Of a stretch of DNA of 64,000 bases, positions 53,758-64,000 are shown piece by piece. The position numbers and the translations under genes are program-made. Origin of the DNA: Nymphaea colorata (taxonomy: Eukaryota); NCBI RefSeq assembly GCF_008831285.2, contig NC_045138.2, forward strand, positions 18,972,001-19,036,000, written 5' to 3'. The notes under the pieces were generated by a model, which ran no database searches, had not been told where the DNA came from, and saw only the letters and a list, made by a program, of their open reading frames with translations. Numbering within the stretch: position 1 is the first letter of the stretch; every line of letters begins with the position of its first letter.

Positions 53758-53767
53758 CTATTTATAA
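53758..53767 (+). promoter_or_regulatory. Candidate TATA box of the DUF1677 gene
   Basis: CTATTTATAA followed by a CT-rich/(CT)n leader (~53778-53866) and a donor-like AA|GTGAGT at 53921. Confidence 0.55.
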
Positions 53768-53811
53768 GTTTCCATCACTCTCTTTCTCTCTTCCCCTCTC
53801 CCCCTCCTCCT

Positions 53812-53872
<61 letters not shown>

Positions 53873-54607
53873 CTTCGCTATCTCAGAGCAACCATCTGTC
53901 AGACAGGACCATTGAAACAAGTGAGTTTCTCAAAAACCTTGCTGAAACTCTCTTTCTTTTTCTATCATGGAAGGCTGCACAGGGTACAGAAGCTTATTCT
54001 GCAGTCCTGCCAATCTTTTTCTTGTTCTTTTTATGGATATCTTCCAACTTTGTTTGCTCTCTGCACTCTGGACCTGCAGAGATGGAATCTCTCTGCCATC
54101 AATGCAAACGTTTTCCAAAGCAAACGTCCAATAAACAAAATCGAGAGCATGTTTTTCTTTTTATCCTTTTAATTCCTGCTCTTGTTTTTGTTGGTTTTTC
54201 TAGGGAGAAGATACCCATGTCAGATGTGAATCCCAAAATTTCCTGAACCATTGGTTCCCTTAAATCAAGAAGAATCCATCTGATTTTACAAGTGTGAAGA
54301 AAAACCCTAAATCTGATGCTTGTCTGTACCATTAGCTGGCCGACATTTACAACTGGTTTGACAGAATAGGCTGGTAGATACTTTACTGATTTTAGTTAGA
54401 TCCTGTAGTTCATGACCGAGATGCCTCACCAGATTCTAGGTCTTATTTCAGTTTCTCTTCTGTTTCTGGTGCGCTCTCCGATATGTAGATCCAAGACGAC
54501 AGAAATGGCTTCCGCCATTTGTAGCATGAACATCTTTACACTTTTTGATCTGTCGGTTCATCGTTTGAAAGCATCTTATAGATGTCAATCTTTGGTTAGG
54601 ACCCCAA

Positions 54608-54997
54608 ATGGAGATCGAATCAGTGAAGTGTGAATGCTGTGGACTCAAGGAAGACTGCACCCAGGACTACATAGTGGAGGTGAAATCAAAATTCAGTGGA
54701 AAATGGCTATGCGGGCTGTGTTCAGAAGCTGTCAGAGATGAAATCATCAGAGGCAAGTTCGCGTATGGGATTGATGAAGCAATCAAGGCACAAATAGCCT
54801 TCTGCCGGAAATTCAAGTCCAATCCGGCCGTCAAGGTCGCCGACGGCATGCGTCAAATGCTGAGAAGAAGATCAGGGGAGTCTTCTTCAGCCAAGAAGCT
54901 GCTGAGGTCTGCCACCGCTCCCCAAATGGGCCAGGACAGGCTTTCAACCTCTGCTGCGCTCTCAAGCACGAGCTTCCTCTCTAGCTATGCTAGTTGA
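54608..54997 (+). CDS. DUF1677 family protein (Cys-rich plant protein), 129 aa from this ATG
   Basis: MEIESVKCECCGLKEDCTQDYI..VK..F.GKWLCGLCSEAVRDE and NPAVKVADGMRQMLRRRS are the DUF1677 signature. An upstream coding exon is possible. Confidence 0.95.
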   Translation: MEIESVKCECCGLKEDCTQDYIVEVKSKFSGKWLCGLCSEAVRDEIIRGKFAYGIDEAIKAQIAFCRKFKSNPAVKVADGMRQMLRRRSGESSSAKKLLRSATAPQMGQDRLSTSAALSSTSFLSSYAS

Positions 54998-56455
54998 TGA
55001 AGATGATGATGTTGGTGTCCTCTGTTTCTCTTGCCTCTGCTTTTCTCGGATCTCCATTGATCAGATGTTGTATATATAAATCTTCAATTTGATTGAGTTT
55101 CAGCTAGTCTTGCTTCTCCAACTTCTCTTCCTCCTTCTCTTTCTTTTGTTTGCAATTGGTCTGTTTGCTGCTTAGTCTAGTATTTTCAATGTCAATGAGG
55201 AGAAAAAACGGATGTTTTCCAAATTTAGTGAATGATTGAAACCAAACCTTAATTCATTTGTTCATTTCAAAGCCAGCGTAACCTCAGGAATTCTGCTTTG
55301 AATGGTTAACTGAACAGAGCTTCAACAGAGACGGAATTTATTTGAGTAAACGAGTTTAAATTGACTGAAGAAGACGGCATCTCTTAAAATTCATGCTTGA
55401 TTAAGCTCAATCTAAAATATTTTCATTTAAAATTCATGCTTGATTAAGCTCAATCTAAAATATTTTCATATGTTACAAACTTTGCTTAAGCATAGAAAAC
55501 GAGCAGCGTTCTTAACAAAAGTTGCACGCACGACACTGAGGACAAGACCCCGAGACACCGATACAGGCCATGTACCTTGTAAGTATAAAGAATTGGATGA
55601 ACAGCTCTCTACCATAGGTCTCTCCACTTGATCATAGAGAACAGAAACAAAAAGCATACTAAGATAAATGCTTTTCATGTTACACTTATAATTGACCAAA
55701 TTACAGCGTTAAAGACATCCAAAGCGTTCACCAAAACCATGCTCCTCACTGATCATTGCAGCCGAAAAGGCACCTTACCTCTGTTCTTCTTGTCGACTGG
55801 CAGTGTAAAACTGAATGAGTTTCTCATTGAATGATGCGCTTGGGGCCTGTTATAGACGGTCTCTCATTCGCATATTGTTGCATTTTATATCTTCTAGACC
55901 AAGTGTTGTTTCATCCACTCTGAATATAAACGAGCTCATGAAATGTGATTAAATCCACTGTTCAGTACCTGTGCACATCAGTTAGTATCCGCTGATGTGC
56001 ATAGATTGGGGGCCATTTCGAAACAGTAAACATTATGTTATTGTCTAATGTATTTAAAACAAAAATTGAACATTATGTTATTGTCTAATGTATTTAAAAC
56101 AAAAATTGATTAGATTCATTAGACATTTAAAAAAACATTCCATGAACATGCTCTACTTCTCTCGGAGCAGATGCAGTAAATAGTAACATACTATTACTCT
56201 TCCCAAAGAGCCCATTCGATCGATGCTCATATGGGCTCCCTTAAGAACAGGAAAGTGCCGGGCCGGGCTTAACAAAATGAAAAAATTGTGACCCTATGAT
56301 TGTGTATGATGTCTATGTACAAAGTACTGCCTAATCGCATTATTTCCTTTATGAATGTGCCTGACCTTGGCATCATTTGCATTTGCAAAGTTTTCTTAAT
56401 TTTCTTCATTATTCAGTGCATCGAAAACTTAAGAATATGACACTAAGCATCCACA

Positions 56456-56487
<32 letters not shown>

Positions 56488-59076
56488 CACCCCCAACCCA
56501 CCAATATTCTATTTGTTGATGGGGATTGCCAAAAATGCTATTAAAAAACCAGCATCTACTAACCAGACTCATATTAACACTAATGAATCAGATTCTATCA
56601 AAACTCTAAAGTTAAGTATGTTTATGTAAGAAAATGACGTTTTTGAAAGTCCTTATCGCACATCCTCCATCCTCTCTCTCATGTTCATGTTCGGATGCCA
56701 ATAACGCCTAATGAGCATCCAACTCTTGTCCTTGTTCAAGTTAAAGTCCTCGAGCCCAATTTTTCCAACACAAGTGGACGTTCTTTTATTGGCCTTGCTG
56801 CGAATCTCTCCCCGCATGAACTAAGTGCCATTCCCCACGTAATATCAACTTTATAAAAAGCTTTTGAAGTGCTTTAACTTTTCATTTCATTAGGTAGAGA
56901 TCAAGGCCCCACAAATTAGTGAGCAGCATAATGATCCGATTCCTACCCAAGATATAGCTCCCCATAACATCCGCTCTTTTCTTGTTTCCCCTTTTCTTTG
57001 CTCCTCCTTTTGATCACTGTGATTGCAATTAGTGGCAAACAAACACCTGTTAGTCCACCTATTATGAGTAACCATCTAATCAATTGACTTTGGATTTTGG
57101 TACTCTGTTTCACTCCTTTTGATAAGGCAAAGTTTCTTTTTTCTTGTTTTTAAACGAGGAACCTTCCAGGAACCAGACCACTTGCATTACACATCTTATA
57201 TAACAACAATCAGTGCTGTCAGTATTGGATTCCACTTTTTATCAGAACTCTTAAGTAAAGTTTATGAAAGTTTGATTATAAGATTACTTTATCGATACAT
57301 ATGGCCCTAGTACGGGGTTGTATTGACAAGATTAATTAATATACGTATTATATATAGTCTCAAAATCAAACAATGTATGAACGGACTAAGGATGTCAATG
57401 GGGAATTCAATCGGATGTACCGTTTACCATATTTGATTTATCATATGTTCATGTGTTTGGATTTGATTTTGCGTTTGAATTTGAATGAAAGTTTATACCA
57501 TATCCAAATCAGAATTTTTAAGGCCACAATTCAAACCCAACGTAAATCTAACTTTTTATTTTTTTCTCTCATGTTTAAGTAAACAACCGAATTTGAACAA
57601 CATTATGATATACGTATATATGTCCGCAAGCACATTGTGATATGTTGGGAACCGAATAGAAAACTGAATCTGAATTTGGTTTTGATCGGATATTTATTTA
57701 AAACTGAATCCAAATCGTTTACATCGGAATCTTATCCAACCTCTGAATGATCAAATGTCAACTTTTTCCTATCAGGCTTTTCTACAGCAATTAGGTCCTA
57801 TATCCAATACAAGTCCTATCAATCAACATCTTAATTAGATGTAATGCATACTAGCCGATACACGTTCGATATGCCCCCGTATTAACATCACTACCGATAA
57901 GAACAGCACGACGAGAAGCTCAAAATGCAAAAAAAAAATCATGTTCATTAGAGGTGGTTTTTCATAAGCAAGCTGGGGTCTTTCCCATGAGGATGAAATA
58001 AATGCTGGTCTCACTAGGACCCGAGGGAGATGTATAAATTAATGTGTTATAAGGACTGATTTCATAGGAAAATGGTGTCACATCCCCTCTGGGACCAGCT
58101 TTCACATGAAAGCTGGGTCCCTTGAGCTTTCTCATCATGTATTTTCCCATTATGTTATTTTGGGAACACATGGTGGTTGGGGGTTTGTCCGCTCATGATT
58201 TTTCTTTTATTAAGAGATTGGTTGGCAAGCTGACCCAGATAGAAAGCACAACAGAATTCAAAAACTCGATCCGTATTAGATGTCAAGTCCACGGATCAAC
58301 TGATTCAGAGTTTAAACAGAAGTTTTTGGTTCGTATTTGTTGTTTTTTTTTTTTTTTTCTGGTGCATCTCTCAGTAGTATGCTCAAAATGTGAAGATCCA
58401 CGAACTTATATCCATGTTTACGTGATTGGATCTGGGTATACCAAATTGCATGAATGCGGATCCTGATTTACGGTTCATTATGCTATCGATAATATTATTA
58501 GGATCCAGACAAAAGAAAATAACAGAATATGGTCGGAAACATTATTTTAAACAGGAATCTAAATTCGATTGTACTTGTCCTCCGCACTGTTTGATTTGTG
58601 GACACAACTTGTGTACATGAAAAATAAAGCTATATATTATCGCGCTAGATCAGCCTGAATCTGCCGATACAAATAAAAATAAAGCTATATATTACGCGCT
58701 TTACTTAATTCCTTTGCATGGTGCCGCTCAAGGTCATCGCCCATCTCTTTTAGTATTATGACATTATATATATATATATATATATAATGTGACCATTCGT
58801 TTACATGCATGAACGACATTTCAACTAAATGATTGAATTGCTCAAGTTAGATAAGGGTGGCAAAAAAATTGTGTGTATTGATGTGACCCGTAGAGCATCT
58901 GGAATGAATGGCTGAAAGCAAAACTCAAGACTTGCTTCTTCGGCAGGACCAGCACCCCGCTGCCGCAGATGAACATTATTCAAAGGGACCGTTCGAAGTG
59001 CCTGCCATACAAAAATGCACTACGGTTACCGGCTCCAACTCATAGCTATCGCCATGGAACCACTATTAGTTTTTGT

Positions 59077-59117
<41 letters not shown>

Positions 59118-60152
59118 CTTTTTTCTTTGATTCCTTTTATGATAAGAGTGTCCAACTTTAAGAAGACAAGACAATAAAAGGCTATGACAGAATAGAATAT
59201 TATACTTTTTTCTTTGATTCCTTCTTAGTGTTTATTTTCTCTCTTTCTTTCTCATTTTTTCACCCTTTCCAGATGTATGACAAAAGATGTTTATCAATTT
59301 AATGTATGGAATTGAAGACGTATCTAATAGACATCATATGCAGTTGTATGTTTAAATTATGAACTGAATGAAATGGAGCAAAGCACTCCCAATCCCAAAC
59401 TGAAGTAGGCATGGATACAAACACCAGCCATTGGGCACAGCATGGTAGAGTAAACCTCTAACTGAGCTCAGTGGAGCAACGATTTTGCAACGTCTACCAA
59501 GTAGGACACAAAGCTGCTGGTTGAACCACTAATGTGTGACAACAAACCCAACTGGGTCATGCAGTTTATGCAGACCTTGCTTCATAGAACCTTCCATTTT
59601 TTGTTAAATGATCATTTTATTATTGGGCAATCGTGTATCTTCTTACTTTCTGTTTTTAAGAAACCATTCTTTATGTGAGAGATTTAGGCTTACTGCCTCT
59701 ACTCCAGCATCTAAAACCTGGTTGGATCTCAGATGTGAGGTTCTTGCTTCTTAGTGTGGATCTTGAATCCACAATGAAAGTAAGTCTCACAAAGTGTGAA
59801 CTTTATATCAGCATCACAATCTGAGACCCATGGTGATCAGATCTACATTTAGGCCGTGTTTGTTTACCGTGGAGCTGTGGATTTGAGGTCTGACTCCTCC
59901 CCTCCGGATCTTAAATCCATACCTATTAACAAGTAGAATGATGATCGATCGAGAGATCCATGCTGCGGCAAGAAGCTGGTTCCACTCTTTGTTTAAGCAT
60001 TGGATTTCAAACAAAATGGATTTGATCATATTCAAGAGGAAACAAACATAGTCTTATGTTTGAACATTAAATTTTGCACCGCATGAGGTATAATTATCAA
60101 TTGGGTATAGTTTCAAAGCTAGTTGGACTTCTCTCGTGGCAATATATTCGGA

Positions 60153-60407
60153 GGGCATTTGATAGCATCGGATTTGAGATACGGAAGATTTGAGAACAGT
60201 GGATTTAATACCGAACCCCCCCTCCATCTGATCTTAAATCCGACATTTTCTCAATGCAAAGAAACAAACCAAGTATCTTAAGTTTCGATCTTGCTTACTG
60301 TGTTGAACCATGAAAATTTTCATGGAAGTTTTACGATATCAAGAAAAACTTGTCATGTCAAATCCACATCAGATTCATAATGCCAAATCCGGAGTAATCA
60401 AATGCCC
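60153..60407. mobile_element. Tourist/PIF-like MITE
   Basis: Perfect inverted termini GGGCATTTGAT / ATCAAATGCCC. A related partial copy lies at ~59852-59920. No clear TSD. Confidence 0.65.
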
Positions 60408-61265
60408 TGGCGGTGAGATGAAACAAGATTGGAATGAATGTAGAAAAGAAACAAGATCCTCAAACTGCACGCAGCTCATTTGCAACCCTTGGTCTGCCCA
60501 TAGTCACCGGCTAATTCTAGTTCAGTGAATTCGTGGGAGAATTCCAACGCAAGTTATTAATTTGCAAGAAACTTTTGGAAAAAAAGAAAGAAAGATTTCT
60601 GAAAACCTCTTTCCCATTGTTCAGAAAATCAGAAACTCATATTGGTGTATCAAGTATTGGTATTAAATGGAAATCATGTCAAAATGGGCCGCTCGTCCCC
60701 TTCGCATGGATCTGACCTCAATGCATGTACTCATATTGGCGCTAAATGCGACCAATCCGTCCATTTAACCTTTAAAGTGAAACAAGTGGCAACCTGATCC
60801 TCATTCACTGCATGGTATCGTCTTCTCGCTCGTGACTTCTCAAGATTAAGCTTCCATGGATGAACCTAACTTGAGCTGAGAAGGATAGACACTACCTCCT
60901 TCGTCATAGTAGCAGCATGGTGAGACCCTGCCCACATGGTTCAATGTAGCAATTTAAAAAAAAAAAAAAAAAATGGTTGAAGAGCACTAATTTAAAAAAA
61001 AAAAACTAATTTTTTTAATTAAAAAGCAATGAGCAAATGAATGAGGACACCAACATAGGAATTGAGAAATTTATCTAAATCTTATAGGGCAACAGCTTAC
61101 ACACAAGCCCACATGTTACTCAGCCGCTAGAGAAAACTCAAGCTTAACCTTCTAGGGGCTAGGCAGAGTCCGCTAGAATACCTCCACAGTTCCAAACTAC
61201 AAAGGATCGAAGCTTTTCGGGTCTCATGTTAGAATCCAACTGTGTCTGCCCAAGGAGTGTAGTAC

Positions 61266-61643
61266 TAGGGATGTTCAACTCGTTTTGTAAGTTAAACGAG
61301 TCGAGTTCAAGCTTCACTGATAACTTGAGTTTGTAAACGAGTCAAGTTCAAGTTGAATGAACTTGACTGGATAAAACTTAATTAAACTTGTTTGACACTA
61401 ATACCTTATTTTTTTAATCTCAAAAGCTTAAAAGGACTTAAATAAAAAATTTAAGCATAATATATATATTAAGGGACACGAGCATAAACAAGTCGAACTC
61501 GAGCTCAGACTCAATTAAGCGAGTCAAGCTTGAGCTCCCCTCATAAAGCTTGAGTCGAGCTCGAGGCCAGGCCATATGTGACTCACAGGAGTCGAGTTCG
61601 AGCTCGCCGAGCTCAAGCTTGGCTCGCTCATTGTACATCCCTT
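61266..61643. mobile_element. hAT-type MITE (CGAGCTCGAG-rich)
   Basis: Termini TAGGGATGTTCAA / TTGTACATCCCTT with repeated tcgagc motifs. TSD not preserved. Confidence 0.7.
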
Positions 61644-63149
61644 ACCTCTATACAACCCCTTTAATCATTCGAATGTCACTATTCCAATGCTCATGTCGGT
61701 TATGAAAAGCACAAAGCGTTTAAGGTCCAATGAGTGGCAAATGAATTTGATTAATGAGGCTACAGGGCGTCAATTGGTTTGCTACTGTTCTGATTTGCTC
61801 ATTTTGATTGCAGATTTGGGGCTTTTTGTTTGGGCATTTAGACTTGAGATCCCTGAGTTCCCTTTCCTTTAGTGTGTTCACAACTATGTCCCATTTCCAC
61901 TAGTTCTTGCCGGTTTCTAAGTTGAATATTTTGGCACCATGGATCAGTAGCAAGTTCATTTTCTCGCACTCTTTCTTACACGGTGTCGTTCCATGTAGCG
62001 GTTGGTGGAGATTTGGGAAGCTTGTGGTTTTGTTGGGGTCTGGATTAAAAAGTTTTGAGTTTCAGTTTTCTAGATTGAAGAATCTGGTGACTAAATATGC
62101 TTACTGTTTATCTTTCTGCCAAACATGCTTAAATAGTTTGTTGGTGATATTCAATTTTAAGCATGCAGAATGCTTAATCGTTTCCGATAAGCAGGTGTAT
62201 TTCATCCTATTGTTCAACTGAGAACCGAAGCCCAGCCTTTCCTCCATGCCCCGAAGGGACTAAACTTGTTTTCATTGCATCGGGATCAGGGGCAGAGCCA
62301 GGATTTTTTTCAGGAACGAGCCAAACGGTTAATCAAACTTATTCGGGTAGGGCCAAACTAAATCTGAATATAAAAAATACATTATCCAACAAAAAAAAAT
62401 CGATTTTTGTAATGTAATTTTTTTTTCAAGTAGTTGGGGTGGCCTAGGCAGGCCCCCTCCCTGCTCGGGATGATGCCTCTGCTATGTTTCAGCATGATGT
62501 CTCTGCTATGTTTCAGCTTGCATATTAGTGTTCTGCCTTTTGTATTATAGAAAATCAAAAAGAAGATTGGCCGCCTAGAACCCACCCCATCAAGTATGAC
62601 TGAATACTCAATCGAATATGCTAAATGCATATTTTTTTAGCAAAACTTGCTTTAAGTATGTTTTGGGTGTAGGAGGCTGATTATTGGTATTGCTCGATGC
62701 AACTTTTAGTTTACTTTCAAGAGATATTAAGTATGTCGGATATGGAAACTTAATAATCCACTCGTATTTCTACAGTTCTTTAGAAAATTAGGTAGTTGTA
62801 GTGGATGATCACGGAATCCTGTCCGTATCAGTTGTGTGCAACTGATCTTTCATTTTACTCAGAACTAGAAATTATAATGCATTGAAAATGATTAAGCCTT
62901 ATGACATGGTAAATAAACTGAATATTATAATGTATTGAAAATGATTAAAACTTATGACATGGTAAGTACGACAGTGTACTAATTGCATCTTGTACTTAGG
63001 CTTAAACAGGGGGCTAATGCGCTTGGGGAATCAAAACATTGTTTACAACTTATTTATTTCATCATAGCTTATGCTTCACCATTTATATATTTTATCATGG
63101 CTTGTGCTTCCTTTACAAGTAATGCCCAAAAGAAGTGGATAATGTTATG

Positions 63150-63515
63150 TAGGGCTGCACAACGAATCGAGCTCGAGTCAAACTCGATTCATTTATAAAT
63201 GAGTCGAGCATGAGTTCAAATGTATGTTTGAAATGTTAAATGAGCCGGGCTTGAGTTGTAAGAGCTCGACTCGGCTCCACTACATAATAAATGTTAAAGT
63301 ATAATGAGAAAATAATTAAATGAGTAGCATAAACTAGTTAAGTGAGTTGACGAATTAAAAGAAATGAGACATGTTTAACATATACAAGTTAAGCAAGTTA
63401 AGTTGGAGCTCAACTTGAGTTTTTTGTCGAGTTCGAGCTCCACTTTTCTGAGTCAAGTCAAAGTCACGCTCGAACTGATCCAACTCGAGCTCTACTCGAC
63501 TCATGTGTAGCCCTA
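63150..63515. mobile_element. hAT-family MITE, 366 bp
   Basis: TIR TAGGGCTGCACA / TGTGTAGCCCTA (11/12) and 8-bp TSD ATGTTATG/ATGTTATA. Confidence 0.88.
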
Positions 63516-64000
63516 ATGTTATATAGAAAATGACCCTACAGTAAAAGTGCCAATATGTTGATGCTTTGCCTACAATCGTTCAAAATTTTGAAAATTAAAA
63601 AAATAACAAAACGAAACCAAAAAAAAAAAACCTGCTCTATCACCTAACGTATATTATCATGTTATATATTTTGCAAGGTTAGGCACCATATATGCTCATC
63701 GTACTCCAGGGAAGCCTTTTTCATTTTTTATCTATTTGGGCAAATGTGACTACACCATATTATTCCCCATTATGAGAACTCTTAGTAAGAACGGAACAAA
63801 CTTACTACCTTACATCATCTCTTCCGCTGTTTATTCCACTGTTTCCAAAATTCTCATGCTTGTAACCTGTCATATAGATACACGGTTCTTGTCTATTTAT
63901 TTAAGAGAGAAGATAAAGGATAAGTGAGACCAGCGAAAAGTTTGCAATTATTAATCTTTTATTTTTACATACTTTGTTATTTTATTTTTAGTGCATAGTA

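Overview
Plant (angiosperm) nuclear DNA with low gene density; the species cannot be fixed from the sequence alone. Bases 1-22.8 kb hold a tandem array of four intronless RimJ/RimL-type GNAT acetyltransferase genes. Two copies are intact (14418-14966, 17343-17876). One is split by a young Ty1/copia element that runs off the window edge (1-3331, minus strand). One is split by a solo LTR and also frameshifted (7617-8676). A two-exon FCS-like zinc finger (FLZ/DUF581) gene (30643-32089) and a DUF1677 gene (54608-54997) follow, both on the + strand like the GNATs. The intergenic DNA is rich in hAT and Tourist-like MITEs, foldback elements, tRNA-derived SINE remnants and (TA)n/(CT)n microsatellites. 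The most notable unexplained items are: a miR156-identical 18-mer in an imperfect hairpin at ~34.5 kb (decayed MIR156 or SPL-type target site); a mosaic GNAT copy; both LTR insertions landing inside GNAT coding sequence; complex 5' leaders on FLZ and DUF1677; and a probably ancient GNAT-FLZ-DUF1677 gene order. All alignments and counts were done by eye; I found no clear new multi-gene system.
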